Positions 41,328-51,905 of a DNA stretch of 64,000 nucleotides are shown here, piece after piece. The stretch is from an uncultured virus (IMG/VR IMGVR_UViG_3300031760_006602). Taxonomy: Duplodnaviria; Heunggongvirae; Uroviricota; Caudoviricetes. The notes beneath the pieces are model-generated. The model saw nothing but the letters and a program-made list of their open reading frames with translations. It ran no database searches and was not told the origin of the DNA. The stretch's first letter is position 1. Every line of letters starts with the position of its first letter. The stretch lies in IMG/VR virus record IMGVR_UViG_3300031760_006602; one strand, written 5' to 3'. The translations under genes were made by a program, and so were the position numbers.

Positions 41328-42389
41328 ATGTTAAGCCAGGAATTACGTCCTTTTGATTTTTCAGAGATGGCGGGTCAAAAAGAAAACATAAGGATATTAA
41401 AGGCTATATTGAAAGACCCGGATAATGCACCTAAATGTTTAATCTTTCAAGGAGCTTATGGAAGTGGGAAAACAACAGCGTCCCGTATTCTTGCTCGTAA
41501 GTTAAATAATATTACAGATAGAAACTTTGATTTATTATCCTCACCATTTTATTACGAGTTTGACTCCACTGTAGTTGGTAATGTAGAGGAAATTCGTAGA
41601 TTAAGAGATATGTTTACTGTTTCTTATGGTGAATATTGGAGGGTAGTAATTTTAGATGAATGTCACGCCATATCCAATGCCGCACAAAATGCGTTGTTAA
41701 AGATGTTGGAAGAAACGACAGGACGAACAATGTACATTATGTGTACGACAGAGGTTAAAAAGTTATTACCTACAATTCGTAGCCGTTCTTTAGAGTTACA
41801 GTTTAATCCTGTCCCTGTAGATGAGATAGTGAAAAACTTAACACAAGTATCTGATAATAGACAGTTAAATCTTTCAGAAGAAATAAAATATTTAATAGCA
41901 GAGCGGTCAGGTGGTCACATGAGAAACGCTCACATGCTATTGGATAAATATTTACTACTTGGGGATAAAGATTTTAAGGATAGTATCAAGTCAGCTATTA
42001 CATTGTACTGCGATTATTTGATTGCCATATATCAAAACGATAAAGACAAAGTGTTAAGTACTATCAATGATTTATTAAATATACCTAAAGATAACTTACA
42101 GATAGATTGGAATATGGTAATGACTGAAAGTTTAAAATCTTTCTGTGGTATGGAAATTGCACATGAAGATGTAAAACGGATGGTAAAGGTGTATGGGTCA
42201 AAATTTAGTTTAGTTTCCAGTTGTTATATGGCTCAGTGGATGAAAAATGCGTTTTTAGATATGCCGTATTTTCAAGCAACAATGTTAAACATGTATATTG
42301 TACTGAGGGGTGCGTTAGGTAGTACAGAACAAAGTAAGGTAGTTGCAAGTCAGGGTAATGTAAATCGGTTTGGGAGACCCGTAAGGTAG
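41328..42389 (+). CDS. dnaX: DNA polymerase III gamma/tau-like clamp loader ATPase
   Basis: RPxxF..GQ, GSGKTT, LDECH, NALLKMLEE, TIRSR, GHMR. Confidence 0.88.
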   Translation: MLSQELRPFDFSEMAGQKENIRILKAILKDPDNAPKCLIFQGAYGSGKTTASRILARKLNNITDRNFDLLSSPFYYEFDSTVVGNVEEIRRLRDMFTVSYGEYWRVVILDECHAISNAAQNALLKMLEETTGRTMYIMCTTEVKKLLPTIRSRSLELQFNPVPVDEIVKNLTQVSDNRQLNLSEEIKYLIAERSGGHMRNAHMLLDKYLLLGDKDFKDSIKSAITLYCDYLIAIYQNDKDKVLSTINDLLNIPKDNLQIDWNMVMTESLKSFCGMEIAHEDVKRMVKVYGSKFSLVSSCYMAQWMKNAFLDMPYFQATMLNMYIVLRGALGSTEQSKVVASQGNVNRFGRPVR

Positions 42390-42509
42390 TTTATAAAGTA
42401 AAAAGTAAGTTAGGTAATAAGACATACGTGGAAGCTTGGAATGTGAGTATTATGGTGAAGTGGAGAAGGGTAATAGGGGACATAATATTCACAGGAGGGG
42501 TTTCTATGT

Positions 42510-43106
42510 ATGTCTTTACAATTAACAAGTGCCGATTTAGAAAATCCTGATATATTAGGACGGAAGTTGATTACATTAGCAGAGATAATTATACGAAAAC
42601 ACTTTTATGCCTCTGTAAATGAAAAAGAGGATTTGGTTTCAATAGGGCTTGTAAAAGCCTTTTCTATGTTGAATGATAATAAGTTCAATAAGGCGAGAGG
42701 AAATATCTGTACATACCTATATACGGGTATGAGAAATGATATGCATAATTATTTGTATCATCAAAACAAGTTTAATTTGACAGATATTTCAAGTATGATA
42801 AACACGGGTGTAGATGACGATTATTTTGAGGAAGAACATTTTAGTATTCCGTATAGTGTAGTACATATTGTTTGTATGAAATTTGTAAAAGTGTTTGGGG
42901 AAGGTATTGAAGCTGATGTATTACAGAGACTAAAGGAAGTAGGGTTTACTGTAACAGGAAAAGCAGAAAGTAACCCCAATATTAAAGTACGATATGTTTG
43001 TAGGAATGATGTACTGTTAGATTGTTTTGGTAAAGAAGTAAAAGATGATGTAGTAAACCGTATTGTTGGATTAGTTATTTGGAAGAAAAAGGAACATGAT
43101 TCATAG
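42510..43106 (+). CDS. Sigma70 region-2-like protein (putative phage sigma factor)
   Basis: EDLVSIGLVKA...KFNKARG..CTY....MRN resembles region 2 of SigF/SigG/SigK-type factors; no clear region 4. Confidence 0.55.
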   Translation: MSLQLTSADLENPDILGRKLITLAEIIIRKHFYASVNEKEDLVSIGLVKAFSMLNDNKFNKARGNICTYLYTGMRNDMHNYLYHQNKFNLTDISSMINTGVDDDYFEEEHFSIPYSVVHIVCMKFVKVFGEGIEADVLQRLKEVGFTVTGKAESNPNIKVRYVCRNDVLLDCFGKEVKDDVVNRIVGLVIWKKKEHDS

Positions 43107-44310
43107 AAGGTGATATCTTGGAAATACGAGGAGTGTTTTCTACATATAACCTTACAGATATAGAAAAAGAGGTATTTGCCGAATATTTACAACATACTAT
43201 GAATAATCCGTTAGTCGAGTTAGTACGTTATTTACTTGGGGACGATTATTTAAAGTTTATTGATATAATGGCAGGGTCAACATTTAAAATACCATCACCT
43301 AAATCATTAGAAAAAGATTTAGAGTCTGTAAAGGTGTATTTATATGTAAAGAAAAATGGGTTTACAGAGGATTCAATTCGTTCAGCAGCAAAATTATACA
43401 ATAGAACAGTGTTAGCGTCCCGTAAGTCAGTTTATAAAGTAGGGAAAACACTTGGGGTAGAAGACTTAATTGAGGGGGATTCCTTAAATAACTATATTTT
43501 AAATATCAAAAATGTAGAAGAAGGGATTAGTAATGTACCAGAGAATGAAACTACAGAAACTACAGAAACTACAGAAATTATAGAAACTATAGAAAAGCAA
43601 CAGATTGATGAGGTAGAGTTAGATGAGTAATCCACAAAATTTTTCAGATAATGATGATTTGTTAAGTATTTTAGGTAGTTCCTTGTCAAGTGCTACTACT
43701 GAAGTTGTGACAGAAAGTTTAGGTAGTACAAGTGGAAATACAAGTGGAAATACAAGTGGAAATCTTCCAGCAAGGTCAGAAGATGATATAGAGGCTGATA
43801 AAAAGTTAAGTGATTTAAGGGATTTGGCAGATGCCTTAAAAGACCAAAATGAAGAAAATCCTGGTTCAGGTGATTTAGATAAGGATTTAGCGGATTGGTT
43901 TAGTGGGGAACAGTTATTACCCTCTGTACCTTTAAATCAGTATGTAGGAAACACAAAGTTGAAGATGGATTATGGTATTTCAAAATTTACGTTATCCAGC
44001 TTTGACATGATGGGAAAACTTCACAAGTTCATGGATTCCAGTTTTGATATGTTGTTTTCTGAATCAGCTTTAATGTCTATGTCACCTGATGAAGTGGAAA
44101 GTAGAATGAGAATGGCGTTCACTATGTATAGAGAGTTGGCTATAATCAATAATCGTGCAGTATTAACTATGAGAGACCAAAATAATCGGTACAGTGAGGA
44201 TACAAATGAAATTGATAGACTGTCAATGTTATTATCCTCTATACCTAATGAAAAGTTGGAACAGATTTTAACTTCTTTGACTGCAAGTACTAAAAAGGAG
44301 AAGTAAATGT

Positions 44311-44478
44311 ATGGGGTACAGTAGTTTAGCTTGGGAAGGATTTGGAAGCTATTCGAGTGAAATACCTTGGTGGACGGTTAAGAATAAGGGTGGTACTTCT
44401 CCTGATGTATATGGTCAATACTTAAAGAAAAATCATAAACAGAAAATAAATAAACCGAAGAGAAAGAAAAGGAAATAA
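44311..44478 (+). CDS. Small basic hypothetical protein (55 aa, below the ORF-track cutoff)
   Basis: ATG after an aaggag RBS; MGYSSLAWEG...KPKRKKRK*; fills the gap between neighbouring genes. Confidence 0.5.
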   Translation: MGYSSLAWEGFGSYSSEIPWWTVKNKGGTSPDVYGQYLKKNHKQKINKPKRKKRK

Positions 44479-44480
44479 AA

Positions 44481-45140
44481 ATGGAAGATAGAAGAAATAC
44501 AATAGTGATTAATTTGTTTGGGGGTCCCGGCAGTGGTAAATCAACGACTGCCGCAGGACTCTTTTATTTTTTCAAATTGTTTGGACTTTCTTGTGAATTG
44601 TGTACAGAGTGGATAAAGGAGTGTGTATATGAAGAAAGAAAAGAACCTTTTGATAATCAAATATACACATTCGCAAAACAACATAAAAGATTATTAGATT
44701 TAGAAAACAAGGTAGACTTTATTATTACGGATAGCCCTATATTGTTATCTTCCATATATGGACAGCATGTATATGAGAAAGAACAATTTGACGAGTTTAT
44801 CTTTTTACAGTTTAGTAAGTTCCATAATTACAATGTTTTCTTACAACGTCCTGTAACTTTTGAGCAGGTAGGAAGGGTTCATGATGAAAAGGCTTCAAAA
44901 CAGAAAGATGATGAAATATGGAAAATGCTAAAAACATATGGTATTTTACATAACTTTATAGAAACAAGTGTATATGCAGTCCGTGAAATACTACGTGATT
45001 TTTATAAGTTTTATGTTTTTGAAGATGTTATATCCAGGGAAAACAAAGCAGGAAATGTGAAAAAGCTGGAAAGATTATTAGATTATGTCAGTTATGTAGA
45101 CTCATACCCTACAGAAACTACGGAAGGGAAGGATATTTAA
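44481..45140 (+). CDS. P-loop NTPase/nucleotide kinase-like (AAA_28/NadR-type)
   Basis: INLFGGPGSGKST, ITDSP, GR.H. Confidence 0.8.
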   Translation: MEDRRNTIVINLFGGPGSGKSTTAAGLFYFFKLFGLSCELCTEWIKECVYEERKEPFDNQIYTFAKQHKRLLDLENKVDFIITDSPILLSSIYGQHVYEKEQFDEFIFLQFSKFHNYNVFLQRPVTFEQVGRVHDEKASKQKDDEIWKMLKTYGILHNFIETSVYAVREILRDFYKFYVFEDVISRENKAGNVKKLERLLDYVSYVDSYPTETTEGKDI

Positions 45141-45834
45141 ATGAAATATAATATTATTAAATTATTCAGAGATACGTTTCAAGCGATAGATGAACATAAG
45201 GCTATTTATTATGATTATGAAACTTATACGGAAACATTGGTAGAGGATATTGCAACAAGGGTAGCTAATTTAGTAAATTTTAACAATGAATTTAAAAAAG
45301 GGTATTTAGGGATAGCTAAAAATTTAAGACTGTTAGAGCAACAAATGAGTAAAGAAGCAAAAATTAAGGGTTATACTATATTAGTACAGAAGGTAAGATG
45401 GTTTTTCATGGATTTTATTTATGATGTATTAGTAAAGTCAGTAGAGAAGGACAAAGAAAATAAATGTGTTTACGCTTGTCTGGTGTTTAAGGAAAACAAA
45501 GTTACCTATAAGTTGTGTAGTATTACAGAAGATGAGAGTAGTATAGAGAAACATAGTAAAATAGAAAAACATTGTAAGAAACTGGCAGATGAGTTGACAT
45601 TGCGCTGGTATCAACATGTAGATGATTTACAATTCTTTTATACGAGTACCGTATTTTTAGAATCATTGAAGTATGAAACAAAACATTCCTTGGCTGTAAA
45701 TTTGGGTGATAATATTATTCCGTTAGTGGTAGATTAAGTAAGAAAATCAAGTAAAAAATTAACGGAGGGGGGTTTAGCCAAAAATATTTTTGAAAAAAAA
45801 TAATATCAGTTTTTTATTAAATTTAAGTAAATTA

Positions 45835-45867
45835 GTACTTTACTTTAAGTAATGTTTATGTTATAAT
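45835..45867 (+). promoter_or_regulatory. Extended -10 promoter with palindromic operator
   Basis: TTTACT-17bp-TATAAT with TG; TACTT-N6-AAGTA. Confidence 0.8.
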
Positions 45868-47132
45868 ATATTTGAGGGGGTATTATATGATTAAGTTAGA
45901 CGGACAGGATGTAAATTCTGAGGATAAAATAGGGTTTGAAAATGGTAAATTCAAGGTAGTAAAAGGGGAAGAAGATAAAACACCTTTCAGTAAAGATATT
46001 GATAGGTATCATTTTGACTTTACATTTAATGAAAAAACATCTATGTGGGTAGGAGTAGGGTCAGGTGGTTTAATCAGAGAAGGGATAGATGGTATTACTA
46101 TAGTAGGACCTAAAAATCAGCTAGACTGGATGACTCATGGAGCCGTTCATACTTTTGAGGTAGCGTTATCCTCTGTTAAGGGTGACTTGGAGACGAAGGA
46201 CTATATTATTAAATTTGGTATCGTGTTAACCTATCCAGAGAAAGTAGAAATTAAAAAGTATGTTTATGATAGGCAGGGAAAACAGGTAGAAATTAGTATC
46301 GGTGTAGATAATAAAAACAAAAAAGAGGATTAAACATGGCAGAAGAGGAAGTATTGGTTTATACAGTTTTCCATGATTTGAAAAAAGCTTATAAAGCTTA
46401 TGGGTTTTTTAAAGATAGTGAAATTTATGCAGATAGGGTTGTAGTTAAAACTGTATGGTATGAACTATTTCAAGTAGTAGAGAAGTATTTAATAGGGATT
46501 GTTTTAGATAGAAATGATTATAATGGTATAGAGAAGGTAAAAGCTCTGTTTAAGGAAAATTTTAATATTGAAGCAAGTGTAGATATGTTAAATTATACAG
46601 AGGAGGTTAGGAAGATGGGTAACGAGGTAAAAAGGGTAGAAATCAAGGAGTTTGAAAATCAGTTAAAGGGTGTAGTAAAAGAGTTGGAGGATATTAAAAA
46701 TAGTTTAGATAAGATAAATACAATTATTGAAAATCTCCCAAACTCTTGTACAGAAGATTCTATGTTAGGATTCTATACAAAAGACTTGGTATACGATGTT
46801 AAGAGAATGGCAACTTACTGGGGGAGTGCCTTTCACTGTGATATCGTTGAACTTAAAAAGTTATGTAAAGAGCTCAAGGAAGGATAGTACTATGGCAGAG
46901 GATTTAGACTTAATAGAAAAAAATAATCAAGAATTAAATAAAGAGTATGAAGCCGAGATAAAGAAACTGTCAGACTATAAATCCTATCTGTTAAAATCAT
47001 TAGGGGAAATAGAAGCAGAAAAGGAAAGATTAAATGGTGTAAGGAAAAGTTTATTGGAAAAATTAAGGGATACGGATTTGAAATTACAGACTATAGAATG
47101 GGAAATGGTCAAAGATAAATAAAGGAGACAAT

Positions 47133-47621
47133 ATGTATCTAACAGAGCATACGATTCAACATTCTGTGAAAGTTGCAGAAATCATGTCTAAAATCTGTAA
47201 ACGTTTTAGTAGTACGTTAACTCCTGAAGATATGTATCTGTTGGGGTTGGTACATGATATAGGTAAACTGTTAGACGATAACAAGAAACCTATTTTACTT
47301 GAATCTGTAGGACATGCACATCATGGGGGAACTATTTTAGAACAGAATGGGTATCAGTATAGTGACGAGGTATTTCATCATGGACATCCAGAAGAAGATT
47401 ATCGAACTCCAGCATGGTATTTGTTAAATGCCGTTGATTTGGCAGTAGATAAGAATGGGGTGTTGATTGGTCATAACTTGCGAATGTTGGGTATTCAGAA
47501 TCGGTATGGAAAAGATTCCGTACAGTATAAACGTGCCAGACGTATTTTAGATGAAATTTATAATTTACGACACTATGATGTAGAGGATATTAAGGAAGGG
47601 GTGTTAAGGGATGAAGGATAA
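47133..47621 (+). CDS. HD-domain phosphohydrolase
   Basis: HSVKVA, VHDIGK, HAHHG, HHG, D. Confidence 0.85.
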   Translation: MYLTEHTIQHSVKVAEIMSKICKRFSSTLTPEDMYLLGLVHDIGKLLDDNKKPILLESVGHAHHGGTILEQNGYQYSDEVFHHGHPEEDYRTPAWYLLNAVDLAVDKNGVLIGHNLRMLGIQNRYGKDSVQYKRARRILDEIYNLRHYDVEDIKEGVLRDEG

Positions 47622-48497
47622 CAGGTATGTGTTACGATTTATTTTTGGTATTATTGTCGGGTTTTTACTTGCCAGTATTACTATGATGGTAAATGGGTGT
47701 ACTTCCTCACAAAAAAGGGAATTAAAATCCTTGGAAGCAAATTGGATGGGTGGGGTAGATAGGAAAATTACTGTGTATGATTATAATGGTAAAATCATCA
47801 AAACCTATGAAGGTAAGATTGATATGTCAAAGTCAGAACGTGAGGTTGACCTGTTATTAAACGGAAAACGGATTATTATCCATGGTGGGATTGTGGTAGC
47901 GGAGGAAAAGTAATATGGAAAATGTGGTATTGTCTTATCATACTGTATATGATAGAATACATGAGTTTCGGTGCGATAAGTGTGGTAAGCTTCTTGGGAC
48001 GGAATATGAAAGAGATGGTAGTTATAAGATATTAGGAAAGCCAGGCTTTGAGTTTTGGGATGGAAGTGATTGGTACATGTTAAAAGGAAATTATTGTGAA
48101 GAGTGTGCCAATGAGATTAAGGGTAAAGTAGTTTCTTGTTTAACCGACTTGGGGTTTAAAAAGGGTTTAGAGGATTGATATGGACAAGTATCATAACTAT
48201 AAAAACGCAAAGAATTTAAACAAACTACGTTCTGACATGTATCTCATGCTTTTACAGTTTCCTATACATGAAAGTGTAAAAGGTGGTTTTGATTCTGTAA
48301 AGGTTTCAAATAAAGTTTGGTGGAAGGATAGGATTCATACTTGCAGGGTCGATGTAAAAAAGTTAGGGTATCGAAAAATAAAAAATCATGAGGGGAAACA
48401 TGGTTGTCATAGACTACTATGTTTAGAAGTATTAAATACGAGAAAGTGGGTATGTGGGAGTGATGAAGTAACCCATTATAGATAAGGAGTACTTGGT

Positions 48498-49130
48498 ATG
48501 TATGGTAATTGGTCAGGGGAAAGTTTAATCAAGAGAGGTCCTTTTGATTTCAGAGAAGTCTATAAACGTGAAATATATGTGTATAAGTTATATTGTGATG
48601 CTTGTAGGTCAGGTAGATTTATCCCTTCTTGGGATTTAGAACAACATTATTATTGTTGGGAAGAGTTCGCAGAAGTTTCAGCAGAGGTGTATAAGAAAAT
48701 CTCTGATTTATGTCACAAGTTCGGTATTAGACATGTGTATGATATAGGGAGTGCCTTTCCGTTTCAAGCCAATTTGTTTTGGTACTGGGGTATAGCTTAT
48801 ACAGGTATAGACGATAGTAAAAGAACAGTAGATAACGCAAATACAATTCACAGAATACATACCCTATATGGGAAGTATCCTTTTGAAATTCAAACAGATT
48901 CTAAAAGTTGTGCTATATCAAATCTGTGTGTAGGGTATCAAGCAAATTCTGATGAGGTGTATCAACAAATTGTAAAAGATTTCCCGTATTATTGTGGGAT
49001 ATTAAATGATAGAAGCAAGGAAATGTTATTACCTTATTATAGGGTAGTAGAGACAGATATTATTATAGAGAAAAAGAAGTTGGTATTATCTTACTTACCA
49101 GACAGTGTTGTGCTTATGGAGAGAAGGTGA
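48498..49130 (+). CDS. Putative SAM-dependent methyltransferase-fold protein
   Basis: VYDIGSA...YTGID resembles motifs I and II. Confidence 0.45.
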   Translation: MYGNWSGESLIKRGPFDFREVYKREIYVYKLYCDACRSGRFIPSWDLEQHYYCWEEFAEVSAEVYKKISDLCHKFGIRHVYDIGSAFPFQANLFWYWGIAYTGIDDSKRTVDNANTIHRIHTLYGKYPFEIQTDSKSCAISNLCVGYQANSDEVYQQIVKDFPYYCGILNDRSKEMLLPYYRVVETDIIIEKKKLVLSYLPDSVVLMERR

Positions 49131-49196
49131 ACAAGTGGGTAAATAAGTGGTAATGATAACGTAATAAACTATAATTTATTTGTAGGAGGTACTAAA

Positions 49197-49676
49197 ATGG
49201 GTATAAGAGAAAGCTATTATAAAACAAAAAATTACATACCTAAAGTTGCAAAGATGTTAGACTTGGTAGTAGGTGACGAGTTTTTATTGGAAGATGTAAG
49301 AGATGGTTCTGTTTACAAAAATGCCGAAACAGGAAAGAAACAGAAATTTGTAATGACGGATTATGGGGTAACTGCCGTATTAGATAGTGGAAAACAGGAA
49401 GTACAACCTATTTTATTTGTCGGTGTTTTGTGTGGTACGTACAAAATAAGAAAGTTACCTTTTAATCCAAAAGAAGGGGATAAGTACTTTTATATATCTT
49501 GGAGTAATAATATGCACCCTACTGTGAAAGATACTGTATGGATGGGAAGTACGTTTGACTATATGTGTTACGCCTTAAACAATGTATACCGTAACTATTT
49601 TGAAGCAAGTGATAATATGGGTTCCGTTGTAAATGGTATTAAATCTTTCAAAGACCCAGGGTTTTTAAAGATTTGA
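49197..49676 (+). CDS. Paralogue family B member (unknown function)
   Basis: LxVGDEF...PFNPKEGDKYF...WMG..DY; shared with 54380 and 57291. Confidence 0.6.
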   Translation: MGIRESYYKTKNYIPKVAKMLDLVVGDEFLLEDVRDGSVYKNAETGKKQKFVMTDYGVTAVLDSGKQEVQPILFVGVLCGTYKIRKLPFNPKEGDKYFYISWSNNMHPTVKDTVWMGSTFDYMCYALNNVYRNYFEASDNMGSVVNGIKSFKDPGFLKI

Positions 49677-49717
49677 TATAAAGGTATTGAGGTAATAAGG
49701 AAAAGAGGTAAAGGTAC

Positions 49718-50605
49718 ATGGAAAACATTATTTTGAAATTACAAAAAGATGTAAAAGCGGCAGCTGATAGTTTAACAAGTGATGAAGCAAGATTCTTGGT
49801 AGATTTTTATTATCAGATGCAGAATTATCGTATTTCTGCTAAAAATCAGTGCCGTTCATTGGATACGGAAGACCCAAATGAGCCACATGTTACGATTGGT
49901 TACTTTGCTGAAAACTTCCGTTTATTGGAAAATCAAATTAAAAATTGTTTAGCAGAGTATGCGAAGTCAAAGTTAATCGGTCAGTGGTGTATGAGTATCT
50001 TGGGGATTGGTCCTGTCATTACAGCTGGGTTAATTGCTCATATTGATATTATGAAGGTACAAACAGCAGGTCAAGTACAAGCTTTTGCCGGATTAGACCC
50101 TACAAAGAAGTGGGAAAAGGGTCAAAAACGCCCATTTAACGCGAAACTGAAAACCCTCTGTTGGAAAATAGGGGAAAGTTTTATTAAGGTATCAAACAAA
50201 GACGAAGATATTTACGGACATATTTATCGTGTACGGAAAGAATATGAAAACGATAAAAATTTAAGGTTTGAATATAAAGAACAGGCAGAACAGATTTTGA
50301 AAAACAAGAAAATCGGTAAGGATACGGAAGCGTATAAGTTTTATAGTATCGGTATGTTACCTCCAGCTCATATCAATGCAAGGGCTCGTAGATATGCGGT
50401 TAAAATCTTTTTATCACATCTGTTTAGTGTATGGTATGAAATGGAACATAAAGAAAAACCACCAAAACCGTATGCGATAGCTATTCTTGGTCACGCTCAC
50501 GAAGTACCTATTCCTAACTGGGAAAATGGACATCTGTGTATTTCAGAAGAAGGTAGTAAGAAAAAGTTTAAAGAAAGTAAATACACAATGATAAAACAAG
50601 GTTAA
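49718..50605 (+). CDS. tasA: Nop/IS110-related RNA-binding protein without nuclease domain (TasA-type TIGR-associated protein)
   Basis: Coiled N-terminus (YYQMQNYRI), then IS110 C-terminal/Nop-like motifs SILGIGPVITAGLIAHID, FAGLDP, FNAKLKTLCW, HINARARRYAVKIFL. No N-terminal RuvC DEDD domain. Sits immediately upstream of a 36-nt dual-repeat array. Confidence 0.82.
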   Translation: MENIILKLQKDVKAAADSLTSDEARFLVDFYYQMQNYRISAKNQCRSLDTEDPNEPHVTIGYFAENFRLLENQIKNCLAEYAKSKLIGQWCMSILGIGPVITAGLIAHIDIMKVQTAGQVQAFAGLDPTKKWEKGQKRPFNAKLKTLCWKIGESFIKVSNKDEDIYGHIYRVRKEYENDKNLRFEYKEQAEQILKNKKIGKDTEAYKFYSIGMLPPAHINARARRYAVKIFLSHLFSVWYEMEHKEKPPKPYAIAILGHAHEVPIPNWENGHLCISEEGSKKKFKESKYTMIKQG

Positions 50606-50609
50606 TTTT

Positions 50610-50809
50610 AATTGATTCACATCAAGCGATAGTAACTAAATATATGAATGATACTAACAATAAGATAGTAACAAATACTACGATAGAATCATTAGTTCAG
50701 ATAGTGACATAACTTGCAAATGTATTTAAGTAAATCACATAGTGGGATAGTTACTGGGAGATTAGAATGAATCATTAGTTCAGATAGTAACAGAGCAGAT
50801 GAATTAAAA
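50610..50809 (+). ncRNA. TIGR-like dual-repeat guide array, segment 1 (about 5 units)
   Basis: GATAGT(A/G/T)AC at 50628, 50664, 50700, 50746 and 50783, alternating with GAATGAATC-like repeats and 9-nt variable spacers. Confidence 0.85.
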
Positions 50810-50840
50810 TCGTAAATAAAGATAAAAGGAAGTAAGAAAC

Positions 50841-51905
50841 ATGGAAGATAAAAAGTTTTATGGATATCCTGATATAGAAAACTCGTATCAAGAAAGTTTT
50901 GTGGAGAAGGCTATAGAGTATGGGTACAAAGATATACCCTATCTTGTAACAGAGAAAATACATGGAAGTAATTCTCAAATCAGTTATGATGTATATTCTA
51001 AAGAGTTTTCTTATGGTACAAGAAGCCATTACTTGGAAGAAGATGAAAAGTTTTATAATTTGCAAGATGTACTTGAGCCGTTACAAGAAAAGGTAGTAAA
51101 AGTAGCCGATTTGATTAAACTTGACATTGGTAAGTACGGACAGAGGTTATTGTCTGTTACTGTATTTGGGGAAGTGTTTGGGGGAAGTTATCCACATGAG
51201 GCTGTGGAAAAGGATAATAAAGCAATCAAAGTACAAAAAGGTGTATTCTATTCACCCCATAATCAGTGGATGGCGTTTGATATAGGGTATGTAATAGATG
51301 GTTCAGATAAAATGTTTTTCTTGTCGGGGGACAAGTTTGTAAATTATTGTTTTGTATCACAAATCAATATTGTACCTATTTTAGCGGTGACGGAAAATCT
51401 AACACAAGCCTTAAATTATCCGTGTGATGGTAATTCCACTGTATTTAGAAGGTTTGGGTTACCTGAAATAGAAGGTAATATCATGGAAGGTGTAGTAATT
51501 CGTCCCGACTCTATGGATGTATGGATTGGGCAGCATCGGTTAATTTTAAAAAATAAGAATGATAAGTTTAAGGAAAAAAGCCGTGCAAAGAAAAATGATA
51601 CACCCGTTGACCTTCCTGAAATAGTAAAACAAGCTTGTGAAGAGATTTCCCAGTATATCAATATAAATAGGGTCAATAATGTAATTTCACATATAGGGGA
51701 AGTAACTGCAAAAGATGTAGGTAAAATAATTATGTTAACTTCTCAAGATGTACTAAATGACTATAAAAAGGATTATGGTACATTAAATACGTTGGAAAAG
51801 AAAGATGAAAAGTTAGTTACAAAGTATATGAATGGTGAAGTTGCAAAGTTAGTAAGAGATGTTGTTATATTTGGTAAATCAGAAGAATCTGATAGTAACA
51901 CGTAA
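50841..51905 (+). CDS. rnl2: Rnl2-family RNA ligase
   Basis: Motif I TEKIHGSN, FGEVFGG, AFDI, EGVVIRP, LKNKNDKF, and C-terminal INRVNNVISHIG. Confidence 0.9.
   Translation: MEDKKFYGYPDIENSYQESFVEKAIEYGYKDIPYLVTEKIHGSNSQISYDVYSKEFSYGTRSHYLEEDEKFYNLQDVLEPLQEKVVKVADLIKLDIGKYGQRLLSVTVFGEVFGGSYPHEAVEKDNKAIKVQKGVFYSPHNQWMAFDIGYVIDGSDKMFFLSGDKFVNYCFVSQINIVPILAVTENLTQALNYPCDGNSTVFRRFGLPEIEGNIMEGVVIRPDSMDVWIGQHRLILKNKNDKFKEKSRAKKNDTPVDLPEIVKQACEEISQYININRVNNVISHIGEVTAKDVGKIIMLTSQDVLNDYKKDYGTLNTLEKKDEKLVTKYMNGEVAKLVRDVVIFGKSEESDSNT

Noticed and set aside
43547..43760. Short coding tandem repeats (gaaactaca)n and (acaagtggaaat)n
   Set aside because: Low-complexity slippage in disordered linkers (ETT, TSGN); no evidence of function.
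49718..50605. IS110-family transposase / insertion sequence
   Set aside because: Only the C-terminal/Nop-like motifs are present. There is no N-terminal DEDD RuvC domain, and the adjacent 36-nt array fits a Tas protein better.
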